Source: Mobula hypostoma
Taxonomy: Eukaryota
NCBI RefSeq assembly: GCF_963921235.1
Contig: NC_086101.1
Span: forward strand, 53,506,001 to 53,570,000
Direction: 5' to 3'
Length of the DNA: 64,000 nucleotides
The notes under the pieces are model-generated. The model saw nothing but the letters and a program-made list of their open reading frames with translations, made no database searches and was not told the origin of the DNA. Position numbers and translations under genes: made by a program. Within the stretch, counting starts at the first letter, position 1. Every line of letters begins with the position of its first letter. Shown one piece after another: positions 23,827-38,200 of this stretch.

Positions 23827-24954
23827 CAATAAACTCGACTTGAGATCCAGAACATGAAACAAACATCTGAAAGTGGAAACCTGAGCTTGGATGGGCAGAA
23901 GTGCTGAGCACAGAAAATTTAGTTTAGAAGAACAGAAGTGCTTGGAAGAAGGTGGAAAGTTGGAGGCCATTGAGGCTCAATAAATGAACACTACAACTAA
24001 ACTGACTCTCAAACATTCTCAATAACCCTTTGTCCCTACTTTCAGCAGGCAAAGGCAAGGAGAAACCTGTTCCTTGTCAGAGCTGGCACTGCTGCCTCTG
24101 ACTTATGGGAACTGCCATGTGCATTGATCCTCATATAAAACCGTGAACTGATGCAGTTAATTAAAGGACTATTGACAGAGCCCATTTGCTGGACTGTTAG
24201 CAATGAAGTCAGCCACCTGAATAAACAGGAATGCTCTGTGTGTATAGAAGTTACCCACAACTGACACTGTTGCCTCCCTCAATATAGTCTTTCACAGCAA
24301 TTTATTTCCTTCTGCATGTTTTCACAACCATTGCTGCTGCTGCTACTGTCGGATTCATCAGCTGCCAGTCATATTTCTATGAACCAGAAAGAGACTCTTC
24401 AATTATAATTCCCATCGTGTGACTTTGCCCACATAATCCAATGACTGGATGCATATTCACAATGTAAAGCTGCTTTGGTTAATACACGAGACCTGACTTC
24501 ATTAGATTTAAATCTATCAGCGCTGGCAGGCAGTGTTCCTCCAAAGGTTCAGGAGTTTGCCATGAAATCTTCTTTATAATTGTGTGCAGTCATGCTTGTG
24601 TCAAATCTGCATCAGTGTTCCCAATTAGAATTTTACCTGCAATGGAGATGGTTGACTTGGAAACGTCTGATTCTTTGGCAACACTCCACGAGAGACATTC
24701 AACATCTTAAATAAAACCAGTAAATGCTGAATCTGATCTGTATGTCAGACAGCATCGGTACACAGAGGAACAGAATCAAGATTAAAGAGTCAAATTGATT
24801 TTTCACATGCACATTGTTTACAATATTTTGTATGGTTCTGCTCTAAACTGAAACTGTCAGGACTGGAAAGTTATATCATCTCTAGATTTGATCAATACTG
24901 ATCTTTACTTCTTTTATTGCTGGTTACACATAGTGTTAAAAAGTATTATTATTT

Positions 24955-25135
24955 GGAGATACGGCACAGCAACAGGACCTTCCGGCTCTAAAAACTCAGA
25001 CCGTCCAATGCACCCATCAGACCAATTAACCTGTTAACCCCCTACATCTTTGGAATGTGGGAGTATGCACTAGCTCCTTACACACAGCGGCAGAAATGAA
25101 CCCAGGTGTCTGGTGCTGTAATAGCACTACGTGAA
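24955..25135 (-). mobile_element. HE1/V-SINE-like relic
   Basis: accaattaacctgttaacccctacatctttggaatgtggga...gaaatgaacccagg. Confidence 0.6.
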
Positions 25136-26389
25136 TGGGGCTGAGAGGGATAAATGATCGAATGGTGGAGCAGACTCGATGAGCTACCTGGCCTAATTCT
25201 ACTCCTATGTAGGTTCGCTGGGGATGGTCCTTAAGTGTCGCCACACATCCTGGCATCAACTTAGCATGCCCACAATGCTCAGCAGAACAACACAAAACAT
25301 AGTCACTTCCTTTCATGGAAAAGTCAGGAAAGCATGTCTTCTATGTTAAGAGATGATGAAAACAAAGATAAATATCAACATTGTCCAGGTAACACAATTG
25401 GCATGGTCTCTATCAAAGAGAGAGTGATGGATGCTTCTTTTTAATCATAGCTGATCTGTGTGAAGGAGCTGTAAATATTGGGAGAGGAATGAAGCCAGTG
25501 GAAAGAAAGAAAGTACTTGCACTTGTTTGAGATAACACAAGAGACAATATTGTCAATTAATGTTGTTTAAGAAGCACTTTGATAGGTACATGGAGGGATA
25601 GAGGGAAAAGGGTCAAATGCAGGAAATTGGGAGTAGTGCGATTGTCACTGTGGCTGGCCTGGAGTGATCGAGCTAAAGGGTCTGAATCTACATTGTATTG
25701 CTCAAAAGCTCCATGGTTCTGAAACTGCAAGATTCTGGAAGAATTCTGAAAGATAATGCTAGAATTACTCAACTTGTCATTCAGCTAATGCATTGAATGT
25801 AAATCAGGATACCAGATGTATATTAATTGGCAGTTATAACACACACTGGAAAGGTCAATTATCCGAAATGGCTGAATTAAAGTTGAAGCTCCTACAGTGC
25901 ATCACACCCAGACAGAAATTGGAACAGCGTAGTAAATTCAAAGGCTGAGATATCAGAGCAGGAACAGAATATAGAATTAAATTGATACTAGACAAAAAGC
26001 TCAGAGTCACCCTTCTGGAAAGAAAAAATGTGTTCTTACAGTCAACAAATGTATATTTGAATTCTTCATTACAGAGACATCAACATTGAATGTAATACTC
26101 TACATTGCAAGAAGTGCAAGGATATTGAAGCTTCACTGTGAAGAATTGTTTAGGACCTTGAACTATGTGTGTCAGGGAGTATTCTGGAGTTATGTGAATA
26201 TAGCAGATATTAATTCAAGCAAGAACCAGTCTTCAGCTCTGATCCCAGTCAGGGGAATAAATTAACACGCGGGCAGAGAAAATGACTGAAAGATGTCTCA
26301 AAGCTCCCTTGATAAAAAGCAAAATCTCTTTTGATTCCAGTGATTCTATCCCACAACTGCTCAAAGTGTAAAAGGAACATATGGAATAG

Positions 26390-26570
26390 TACTTGAGTGC
26401 ATGTGTCAGAAACAGCAAAAAGTCCAGTGTAAATGAGAGAGGAACCATTTGACAAACCATCCACCCACCCACCAACTCCTCAGTCACCTTCTGTCCCGTT
26501 GTGGAACAGCCTGCAGGTGTTGGCTTCATTGGTCAACTCTGAACACACAAAACCCAATAAAAGCAAGGCA
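26390..26570 (+). mobile_element. Old RTE 3' fragment
   Basis: Decayed C-terminal CxxC finger region resembling 3903-4100(-). Confidence 0.45.
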
Positions 26571-27184
26571 TGCAGAAAGACTGCCAACACCCCCCCTGCA
26601 AAAAATAACTAACTTACTTCACTCGTGGGGTTTAAGTGATAGAACAAGTTAAAGTACTAGAATGTAGTGCTTGCTTTGTATTTTATCTGCTATGTACTGT
26701 CCTGTGATCAAGCCACGTGTTCAGTTTTGGCACTCTGAGATGAACATTCCTGAATTTATATCGTGTTTGGCCTAGGGAATATTTTACTTAGTTAAAGCTG
26801 CAGTTCATGTGCATGTTGCACTTTTGATAGTTTTCTTATGTGCCTTTTTTGTGCCTGCACAGTTTAAAGTGCACACATTCAATTAAACAGTGTCTTTAAC
26901 ATCATAAATGGGTGTAGAAGGACAAAGCATAATTAAATAAATCAATCAAAGCATGTTTTTGCAAGGACAACTCTAGTAGAGCCACATCACCAATAAACCC
27001 TTAAAGGCATCTTACACTTTGTACATGTTAATTAAGTCAAGACGCTGCTCTAGTATCCTAAGCATTGAAACTGAAGCACATTTGCAGCATTAATGCATAA
27101 GCATCAAACATTTTTTTTCTCCCTTGACTACGTAAACCTTTGTAAGATGACTCAAGTTAGGCAAGAATTGATTCCTGTCAAAGT

Positions 27185-27580
27185 AAGTCATCCCTCCAAG
27201 TGGAGCACAACTTTGTCGTTGGGTTTGGAGGCTTGTATGCCTCAATGACCTGGAGAGCTATGTTGGTTCGTCAGGGTTTCATGCCTCAGCTCTTGGTAGG
27301 GTCACCCTTGCCAAACCGCTCAAAGAGAGGAAGCCCATCTAAGAGTGGTCCACCAGTCCTCCAAGTTCAGGGTTAGCAAATCTGATTGGCAAAACAAAAT
27401 TGTTATGAAAACAGCAATGAAGAATTCATCTACATCTGAATGTAATGATATGCCTGAGTCTGACAGTATTAAAACCAAGTGGAAGCTACTGACATGATGA
27501 AGGAAGCCCTGAATGCTGCAAGAAATTGAGGACCTTCATAACTGCCTGAAATGCCAGTGGCATAATGGGCAGTAAAAAAA
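27185..27580 (+). mobile_element. Bipartite non-autonomous RTE-derived element
   Basis: RTE/Expander-like 5' UTR (ggtagggtcacccttgccaaac) fused to a short 3' tail (gaccttcataactgcctgaaatgccagtggcataatggg); homologous to 54332-55145(-). Confidence 0.6.
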
Positions 27581-28739
27581 AAACAAGCCAACAACCTCAG
27601 TGATTTGATTTCCAAAAATGTTGCACTCTCTCATTTTCCCAAAGAAAAATTCCAATGCAGGCGAAGTCTATGTTAAAACTATGCACACACAGTTTCCCTA
27701 TAGCAGGTAAATCTGTCACCACTGGATGCGGTGGAGAGTATTATTTTAAGTAGGTTATGAGTCCCTGGTAGAATTAACACTGAGGTCTAATTGCTAACTT
27801 TGCAATCATCTGATGGTGTTTTTTTGAATGATATACCTGGTGATTTTTGTTCTTGTGACATAATGTCAGTTGTACAGACACTATGTGCATTGGTGTGCTA
27901 GTTAAATTGTTCAATATCTGCCTGAGAACGCAGTTCATTGTATTACTTGTTCTGAATGGAGATAATACAGAAAATTCTTCCATAGTCATCTAAAAGCTGC
28001 AGTTACTACGGAAAGCCCAGTCTCTGCATGCAGCTTATCACTTTATCTCATTGGCGCTTTAGTATTGAAACCACATTGTAAATTTTCACTATTGCTAAGC
28101 TTCACATCCACTGCTAATACCCTGTTTCCCTCATGGAATGCATTTAAGCTCACTCCTTCGCCTGATCCCTGACTCTTCTGCACCTATAAATCAAAACGCA
28201 CAACTTTAAAATTCCTTTCTGTCTTTCTGAATGAATGCTTGCTTTTCCTGTCCATTAACCTCTCCCTGGAATGTGCTTTTACTGTCTGAGTCTCCGTTCG
28301 CCTTTATTCTCCTATTAAAACCACCCTCCCTTCCTGGCACCAGGCTGCAAAGTAATATTTCCCGTTTGCTGAATGAAGCGCACTTAACCGGGTGTTTGAT
28401 ATGGTCTAAGGGCTCACAGAGATGCACTGGAGCACGACCTGCTTTTATTTCATGGGGCTGTGGGAGTTCAGAGAGATGGGAGTCTCTTTCAAACTAAGCA
28501 GACACAGTGCTTAGGAAAAGAAAAACAAATAAAAGAACCATAATAGCTTTTTGCAGCACCTAATGCTTTTAAAATTGAAAATGTTAGGTAGACAATGCGC
28601 CAGTGGCTAGATATGAAACATATGCACTGTAGAGCATATTAAAATGATTGTATACCAAAAAGGACAGTGTAGTTCAGAAAAAAAAAGAATTGGCAATAAA
28701 ACAAAAGGTATAAATGTTTGCTCAGGTTTTGCTTTGCTG

Positions 28740-29410
28740 AATGTCCTGGGCCCAGCATGGAAGAGCAATTACGAAGAAAGCACGTTAGCATCTCTACTTC
28801 CTTAGAAGTTTGTGTTTTGGAGTGTATATTGACTGGTAGCATCACAGCCTGTTATGGAAACACCAAAGCAATTAAATGGAAAATCCTACGAAAAGTAGTC
28901 GATATGGGCCAGTCCATCACATGTAAAGCCCTCCTCACCATTGAGCGCTGTTGCAGGAAAGCAGTATCTACTATCAAGGACCACCTTCATGGAGGTTGTA
29001 TTCCCTTCTCACTGCTGTCATCAAGAAGAAGGTACAGGAGCCTCAGGAACCACACCATTATGTTCGGGAACAGTTATTACCCCTCAACCATCAGACTCTT
29101 GTACCAAAGGGAATACCTTTACTCAGCTTCACTTGCCCCATTATTGAACTGTTCGCACAACCTATGGACCCACTTTCAGGGACTCTTCATCTCATGTTCT
29201 CAATATTTATTGCTTATTTATTTATTATCATTATTTCTTTTTTTTTTGGATTTGCATAGTTTTTTGCCAGTTGGTTGTTTGTCTAAACAGATGGGTGCTG
29301 TCTTTCATTGATTCTATTACGTTTCTTGGATTTACTGAGTGTGCCCACAGGAAAACAAATCTCAGGGTGATGTATACTGTATGTACTTCAATAATAAATT
29401 TACTTTGAGA
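28740..29410 (+). mobile_element. Rex1/Babar 3' fragment
   Basis: ORF 28718: ECILTGSITACYGN...FSLLSSRRRYRSL...FGNSYYPSTIRLL; tail ataataaatttactttga. Confidence 0.9.
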
Positions 29411-29904
29411 TATCACAAATTGTTTCATTACTGCTGAAGTATTTTAAAATGTATTTACTATTCTAAAATAAGAAACAAGGGAGCCACACAGATATCTGCA
29501 AACTGATCAAATAACTTGTTTTATTAATTTTGGTTGAGGAGAAAGTGTTGGTTAACAAATATTAAATTATTGAAATTTACAGGTAAACACTTGTGCAAAA
29601 CTGCACGATTGGTATGTAGATGGAAGATAAAGCCCTTGGCTCAGTTCTTGTTGAAGTGAAGGGAGGGAAATGCTTCTTAAAACAGTGAGTATTTGCCCAT
29701 TGAAACAGCCAACAATGTTTCTGCTGCAGTCCTTAATTCCAAGACCTGTCTCTATTTCATTGGGTAAGTTTTATGCATACAGAAGAATGTTTGAACCTGC
29801 TAAAATACCGCTCCTAATGTGGGACTGAAAGGAAAATCACACTCATCAGTATTTGTTTGCTGTAATTCATTCTGAAATAAACTTAAATGGAGTCATGGTA
29901 ATAA

Positions 29905-30345
29905 TTATACAGCAGGAAAACAGGCCATTCGGCCCAATAAACCATTCTGACCATCAAACATTAAACCATCTACACAAATTCTATAACAATTCCATTTTAT
30001 TTCTCTCAAATTCCCTTTCCTTCCCCTTTCTCTGTCTCCCAGATTCTACCACACACGGACTACTGGGGGCAATTTTGAACAGTGTGTCTCATTGAGATGT
30101 GGGAATAAACTGGAGCATGCAGAGGAAACCTATATAGTCACAGGAAGAACGTGTAATGTCCTGTGTTACTGCTGTTTAAAGCTCACTTTCATAGCATTTA
30201 TATCCTGGGTATATGTGCCTCTGACAATAAACTTGAACTTGAAAATGATGTGCAAACAGCACAGACAGCACCAGAGATGAGGATTGAACTTGGATTTCTG
30301 GACCAGTTAGACAGCAGCTCTACTGGCTGTGCCACTGTACTGTCT
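29905..30345 (-). mobile_element. HE1/V-SINE-like relic interrupted by a short Rex1 tail (about 30150-30243)
   Basis: caggccattcggccc, tgtgggaataaactggagca...ggattgaacttgg. Confidence 0.6.
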
Positions 30346-30737
30346 TAAGCAGGGTGTTAAGCACCTCCTGTTTTATGTCACTTATTGCACACGTAACCAT
30401 GGGGAAAATTCATTCTAAATTGAAATTGATCTTCACACAAAAGGTGTCAGAGGAAATCAGTGTGTGAGGCAGCTACTGTGGAGGAAAATGAGCAATCAAC
30501 AGTTACCCGATGTCTTTCCCCCAGCCATCCCTCTGCATCTGCCTATCACCCACACGCTCCTAACACCTGTTCCCCTCCACACCTGTACCCCTTTATTCCA
30601 TGCCCCGCTGCCCTCTCCTGTCAGGTTCTATCATCTTTAGCCCTTTGTCACTTCCATTGATTACTTCCCAGCTTCTGGCAGCATTCGCATCCTCCTTTAC
30701 CTGTCAGCCCTCTTCCTCTCATCTGCCAGCTTTAGTC

Positions 30738-31850
30738 ATGTCAAGTCAAGTCAAGTCAAGTCAAGTTTGTTATCATTTCGACCATAAACTGCTGGTACGG
30801 TACACAGTAAAAATCAAGCAAAGTTCCTCCAGGACCATGGTGCTACACGAAACAACACAACACTACACTAGTCTATGTGAGACAGCATAAGGCTACACTA
30901 GACTACGTAAAACAACATAAAAACTGCACTAGAATACAGACCTGCACAGGACTACATAAAGTGCACAAAACACTGCAGGGCAGTACAATAAATAATAAAC
31001 AAGACAATAGGCACAGTAGAGGACAAGTTACAATATAATAATAAATGATGTAGATGTCAGTCAAGATTCTGGTATTAAGGAGTCTGATAGCTTGCGGGAA
31101 GAAACTGTTGCACAGTCTTGTCGTGAGAGCCCGAATGCTTTGGTACATTTTGCCAGATGGCAGGAGGGAGAAGAGTTTGTATGAGGGGTGTGTGGGGTCC
31201 TTCACAATACTATTTGCTTTACGGGTGCAGCGTGTGGGGTATATGTCTGGAACAGTGGGAAGAGAGACCCCGATGATCTTCTCAGCTGACCTCACTATCC
31301 GCTGCAGGGTCTTGCGATCCGAGAAAGTGCAATTCCCGAACCAGGCAGTGATGAAGCTGCTCAGGATGCTCTCAATACATCCTCTGTAGAATGTGGTGAG
31401 GATGGGGGGTTGGAGATGGACTTTTCTCAGCCTTTGCAAAAAGTAGAGACGCTGCTGGGCTTTCTTGGCTATGGAGCTGGTGTTGAGGGACCAGGTGAGA
31501 TTCTCTGCCAGGTGAACACCAAGAACTTCGGTGCTCTTAACGATCTTTACAGAGGAGCCGTCAATGTTCAACGGAGAGTGGTCGCTCTGTACTCTCCTGA
31601 AGTCAACAACCATCTTTTGTTTTGTTCAGATTCAGAGACAGGTTGTTGGCTCTGCACCAGTCTGTTAGCCGCTGCACCTCCTCTCTGAATGCTGACTCGT
31701 CATTCTTGCTGATGAGACCCACAACAGTCGTGTCATTGGCAAACGATGATGTGATTTGAGCTGTGTATTGCTGCAGAGTCGTGGGTCAGCAGAATGAACA
31801 GCAGTGGACTGAGCACACAGACCTGGGGGGCCCCTGTGCTCAGTGTGACA
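30738..31850 (-). mobile_element. Rex1/Babar RT-to-tail fragment with (ACTTG)n tail
   Basis: ORF 30903..31613 (MVVDFRR...[12 protein letters not shown]...[12 protein letters not shown]...NSFFPQAIRLLN); same subfamily as 47772-50708. Confidence 0.95.
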
Positions 31851-31854
31851 GTCC

Positions 31855-34070
31855 CACTCCTTCCCTCCATCTCTTTAAGTTTGAGGAGAAGGTAAGGTTA
31901 GTATTATAGTATTGCAGTGGAGTAAAAGGAAAGAGAAAGGAGCTGCCCCATATTGATTGGAAGGGGACACTGGCAGTGATGATGACAGAGCAGCAATGGC
32001 TGGAATTCCTGGGTGCAATGCGGAAGGTGAAGGATAGATCCCAAAGATGAAGGAGTATTCTCAAGGGAAGGTGAGGTAACTGTGGCTGACAAGGGATGTC
32101 AAAGACAGCAGAAAAGCAGAAGAGAGGGCATATAATACAACAAAGGATGATAGGAAGTTAGAGAACTGGGAAGCAATTAAAAACCAACAGAAGGCAATTT
32201 AAAAAACCATAAGGAGAGAAAAGATGACATATGAAGGTAAATTTGCTAATAATACAAAAGAGGATACCAAAAGTTTTTTCAGATATATAAAAAAGTAAAA
32301 AAGAGGGGAGTGAATATTAGACCACTGGAAAATACCTCTATAGAGATAGTAATGGGAAATGAAGAAATGGTGAACAAACTTAATAAATATTTTGTGCCAA
32401 TCTTCGTTGTGGAAGACACTAGCAGTATATCAGAAATTTGAGAATGCCAGGGGGCTGAAGTGAGAGTAATTGCTATTACTAAGGAGAAGGTACTTGGGAA
32501 GATGAAAGGTCTGAAGTTTTGATAAGTCAGCTGGACCAGATGGACTACACCCCAGGATTCTGAAAGAGGTAGCTGAAGAGATTGTGGAGGCATTTCAAGA
32601 ATCACTAGATTCTTGGTATGTATGGTTCCGGAGGACTGGAAAATTGCAAATGTCACTTCAGTCTTCAAGAAGGGAGGGAGGCAGGAGAAGGGAAATTATA
32701 GGTCACTCAGCCTGAATTCAGTGGTTGGGAAGATGTTGGAGTCCATTATTAAGGATGAGGTTTTGGGGTAATTGGAGGCACATGATAAAATAGGCCAAAG
32801 TCAGCATGGTTTCCTTATGGGGAAATCTTGCCTGACGAACTTGTTGGAATTCTTTGAGGAAACAACCAGCCTTTGAAATGGTGCTGCACATGAGACTGCT
32901 TTAACAAGAAAAGAGAGAAAAGAGCCAAAGCATCCGAAGAAAGTTACTACTATGGCTAGATGATTGGCTGACTGGCCAGAGGCAAAGAATGGGAATAAAG
33001 GAGGCCTTTTCTAAATGGCTGCCAGTGACTAGTGGTGTTATGCAGGGGTCAGTGTTGGGACCGTTTCTTATCATGTTATATGTGAATGATTTAGATGACG
33101 GAGTTGTTGGCTATATGGCCAAGTTTGCAGACGATACTAAGATACATAGGTGAATGGGCAGGTAGTGTTGAGGAAGCAGTGAGTCTACATAATGATTTAG
33201 ACAGATTAGCAGAATGGGCAAGGGAGAGGGAGATGGAATATTGTGTAAGGAAGTGTATGGTCATGGTCATGCATTTTGGTAGAAGGAATAAAGGCATAGA
33301 CTATTTTCAAAATGGGGAGAAAATTCGAAAATCTGAGGTGCAAATGGACCTGGGAATCCTTGTGAAGAATTCCCTAAAGGTTAACTTGCAGATTAAGTCA
33401 GTGGTGAGGAAGACCAATGCGTTGTTAGTGTTCATTTCAAGAGTACTAGAACATAAAGACAAAGATGTGATGCTGAAGCTTTATTAGTTAGACCACACTT
33501 GGCGAATCTTGGAGTATTGTGAGCAGTTTTGGGCCATTTATCTGAAAAAAAAGAAGTGCTGTCATTGGCGGCGTTCCAGAGAGTGTTCACAGGAATGTAT
33601 CTGGGAATGAAAGGGTTAATGTATGAGGAGCATTTGATGGCTTTGGGTCTATATTCGCTAGAGTTTAAAAGAACAAAGGGTGATCTCATTACAAGTTATC
33701 AAAATATTGAAAGGCCTAGATGTGGAGATGATGTTTCCGTTAGTCGGGGAGTCTAGAACCAGAGGTCACAGCCTCAGAATAGAGGGATGTCCATTTAGAA
33801 CAGAGATGAGGAGGAATTTCTTTAGCCAGAGGGTAGTGAATTGGTGGAATTTATTGCTACAGATGGCTGTGGAGTCCATGTCATTGGGTATATTTAAAGT
33901 GCAGCTTGATAGGTTATTGACTAGTAAGAGTGTCAAAGGTTATGGGGAGAAGGCAAGAGAATGGGGTTGCCAAGGATAATAAATCAACCATGATGGAATA
34001 GCGGAGCAGACTTGATGGGCCGATGGTCTAATTCTGCTTCTACGTCTTCAGGTTTTATGGTATTATGGTC
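31855..34070 (+). mobile_element. CR1 ORF2 long decayed fragment with 3' tail
   Basis: NYRSLSLNSVVGKMLESII, QHGFLMGKSCLTNL, QGSVLGP, KFADDTK, RRNFFSQRVVNWWN. Confidence 0.93.
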
Positions 34071-34330
34071 GTTCTCCTCCCTCTTTCTTTCCAGTTCAGA
34101 TGAAGGGTTTTGATCCAAAACATCAACTATCCGTTTCCCTCTACAGATTATAAACGGGAGAAATTCTGCAGATGTTGAAAATCCAGAGCAACACACACAA
34201 AATGCTGGACTGACTCAGCAGATTAGGCAGCATCGATGGAAATGAATGAACAGTCGACTGAGACCCTTCTTCAGGACAGATGTTGCTAGATGCATTAAAT
34301 TTACTACAAATTCCAGCATCTGCAGTCTCT
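34070..34330. mobile_element. Two nested Penelope termini with hammerhead relics
   Basis: Plus-strand relic 34093-34128; minus-strand terminus 34149-34275 flanked by ACAGAT (34143-34148, 34276-34281). Confidence 0.7.
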
Positions 34331-34679
34331 AAGATGTAGATCTTGTTCTGTCTTTGACTCTGAGTTGTAGCTTACCTTTCACAAACCTCAGAACTTTCAA
34401 ACAGAATGTCTCCACCGAGACTGGCTCTCGGAGCCTCAATGACAATGTAAAAAACTGGAGAGAGTTATTACATGGCAAAGTGCTCACAGAGGCAGCAGTC
34501 CCTAATTAACAATCACCTTTTACCAACAGCAGTGTAGAAGCCGAAAACACAACTCATTGTATGGAATCAATCGGCACACTGAACCGAATAAAATTTGTGA
34601 TATACAAGTGCAGAGGGAAGATTTATTTTCTGGAGTAAAATCATACTCCAGATTGAAAAGGTTAGTGTGTCAGGGCTGG

Positions 34680-35030
34680 AGATGAGGAACTGGCTGGTTC
34701 AGTTTGCTGCTCCACAAGGTTATTTGTCTCTGCACTGAAATTCAGCTCACTGCTCTGCGAGACTTACTCATCGCTGCATTGAACTGAGACTGTGGCCTGC
34801 AAGTAACAGGATTCCGGATTCACCTTCTTGAACTTCAGTTCAGAATGCTATTTGATAACTTTTATTGTTGGTACGATTTGTCTTCTCTCTCTCTGAACAT
34901 TGGGTGTTCGACAGTCTTCTTTTGTTTCAATGGGTTCTATGGAGTTTCTTTGTCTTGTGGCTGCCTGTAAGGAGACAAATCTCAAGATTGTATAAAGTTG
35001 GCAACCTTTGATAATAAATGCATTTTGATA
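34680..35030 (+). mobile_element. Family C-like retroposon 3' part
   Basis: Tail homologous to the reverse complement of 991-1200 and to Rex1 tails. Confidence 0.65.
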
Positions 35031-35209
35031 AACCACTTCTCAAGAACTTGTTTGTAGTTTTCATAAGCACAAAATAAATTTACCTCTGTTACTGGATAAT
35101 GAAGTGAGATGCAGAACTTAAAATAAACCTTTCAACAAAAGTGTAAAGTGTCTAGATGATTGGAAAGATATTGATGTTTTTAAGCTTATTGTTCATTACA
35201 TCCATTATA

Positions 35210-38200
35210 AAACCATATGATATAGAAGCAGAATTAGGCCATTTGCCCCATTGAGTCTTCACTGCTATCTCAACACGGTTGAATTTTCCTCTTGGCTCCA
35301 ATCTACCCCTTCCCCATATTCCCTTCATACCCTGACCAATGAAGAATCTATCAATCTCTGCCTTAACTATACATTAAGCCTTGGCCTCCACAGTTGCTCG
35401 TGGTAAAGAATTCCACAGAATCACCACTCTCTGGCTGAAGAAATTCCTCCTCATCTCCATTCTAAAAGGATGCTCCTCTATTCTGAAGCTGTGTCCTCTG
35501 GTCTGAGACTCTCCCACTAGAGTAAACACCCTCTCCACATCCACTCTATCAAGACCTTTCACCATTCGACAAGTTTCAATGAGATCACCCCTCATTCCTC
35601 TTAATTCGAGTGAATACAGGCCCAGAGACATCAAATGTTCTTCATATGACAAGCTATTCAATCCTGGAATCATTTTCATGAACCTTCTTTGAATCCTGTC
35701 TGTAATATATGAATCAATTTCTCTTAGTGCAATGAAACCCCCTTCCTCACCACTGTGAACTATGTATTAATTTGTTGTCAGCACATGTGCATTTGCTCTC
35801 TCTTTCTCTCTCTCTGTTTCTGTCTCTCTATCTCTCTCTATCTCTTTCTCTCACTACAATGTGAATACACCAGTTAAAGCCACCTCTCATGACTGTGCAT
35901 TTATTTAATTGCTATTTGTTGTGCACAGACATGACAAAATAGCGACCAGTATGAACCCGAATGTTGGGAAATATCATGAAATGCATTGACATTTATGGGA
36001 CAAAACTGTGAGAGTTAAACAGTACGAAAACACCAATGACTGCTACCTGTTTACAATGTTGGGTACTATTCCTAGATGCCCATACTTATGACATAGAGTT
36101 CAAGGGTACCAAACAACACAGCAACATTGCTGGCTTGTCACATCTTCCACTAAAGAAGAAAAAGTCTTCATACTGTGACTCAGCAGAAGTGTTGCACACT
36201 GCACTGGTGGACCAGTTGATGGTGACAAATACCGAAATTCAAGGAATGACCCGGCATTGTCAAAAATCTATGAAATCGCGATGCAAGGATGGCCATGTCA
36301 AGGTAACTCTATGTTTCCAGATTTCTCAGTGAGATGGGACCAACTGTATATATGTCAAAGAACGCTGATGTGTGGATCTCGTGCTGTGGTTCCCTCTAAA
36401 CTGTGCTCCAGAGTGTGAGAAAATCTGCATGAAGGATGCCTGGGTACAGTCTAGATGAAGAGTCTTGCCTGGAGCTACATGTGGTGATTTGGAGTAGAGA
36501 ACCAATTTGAAGACTTGGCTAAAAACTGTTCAGGATGTGAAAAAGTTCAAAATGCACCCCCACAGGCACCATTACATCCATGAGAGTGGCCATCTTCACC
36601 ATGGCAAAGAGTGCATATTGACTTTGCTGGGCCATTCATGGAATCCATGTTTCTGATTGCTCTGCTCGTTTATTCGAAGTGGCCGGAGGTTATACCAATG
36701 AAGTCAACCACGTCAGCAAAGACTGTCTCTGCCCTGATGACTATCTTTGCCAGAAATGGCTTACCAGAACAAATTGTGAGTGACAACAGACCACGGTACA
36801 TGTCAGAAGAATTCCGACTGTTCATGAAAAAAATGACATCAGACATTTCAAGTTAGCTCCTTACCACCCAGCAACAAATGGGTTAGCTGAAAGGTTTATC
36901 TAAACCTTCAAGAAGTCCATTAAAGCAATGGACAGGGAGGACATTACTCTATAGAGCAAGGTGGATAACTTCCTTTTTGTGTATTAGAGCTCTGTTCATG
37001 CAACGACAAATCAAACCCCTGCAATGCTGTTTATGAACAGGGATCTGAGATCTCACGTAGACCTGCTGAAACCAGATCCATGGAGGGAAATGCAGAATAA
37101 GCAGTTCAGCCAGTTGCCAAGTGAAGCAGCAAGGAGCTTCGGGATTGGCCAGGAAGTCCCACCGCATGATCACCGAGAAGACAAGTGGACACCCATTAGG
37201 ATAGCTACAGGAACTGGAACACTGATGTACACAGTGGTTGTTGGAGGCTAGACATGGAGATGTCACGTGGTCCAGATACTGGATGCTCAACTGAAGAACA
37301 CACCTGAGTCAACTGCATCTATCAAGATGGATACATTACAGTAACCGGACTTATCTTTCAGTGATGATATCACTGACAGCAATGTGACAATGGAAACCAA
37401 GCATATTGTCTTTGACAAGACACCTGCCAAACCTGATGTCACTCCACAGGTCCAGAGGCACAATCCTGAAAGAAACAGAACACCACCCAAAAGACTGAAT
37501 CTTTAGAACTCTGAAGTTAGTGATAGACTGTTATTGTGAAAACATGTTTATTTGGAATATGTGTTGTGAAAGGGAAGTGGAATGTTTTGTACATATACAG
37601 TTTTACGTTGCATTAAACTAAAGGGACAGGAGCTGTAATGTATGAATCTATTTCTTTTAGAGCAATGACTCCCCCTCCCCTTAACACTATCTATAGACCT
37701 GTTTCTGGGCATGCACATTTGCTCTCTCTCTGGCTTGAATGTGAATAGTTAAAGCCATCTCCTGTGTACGTGCTTTTATTTAATTGATATGTAGTTCTGC
37801 ACAGACACAACACTCTACAGTTTTCTTCACATCCTTTCTAAGACATGGGGCTCAAAACTGCTCAGATTGCTGCAAGTGAGCTCAACAGTGCTTTATATAG
37901 TCTCAACATCACATCCTTGCTTTCATATTCTAGTCCTCAAATAAATACTAACATCACACTTGCCTTGCTCACCACAGACTCAACCTTCAACTTAACCTTT
38001 AGGGAATCTTGCACAAGGACTCCCAAGTCCTTTTGCATCTCAGTTTTTTGTATTTTCTCTCCATTTAGAAAACAGTCAACAATTTCACTTCTTCTACCAA
38101 AGAGCATGATTATACACCTCCTGAAACTGTATTCTACCTGCCACTTCTTAGCCCATTCTCCTAATCAGTCGAAGTCCTTCTATAGCCTCTCTATTTCCTC

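Noticed and set aside
25720-26210. Possible ancient antisense Penelope relic
   Set aside because: Similarity too patchy to support without an alignment.
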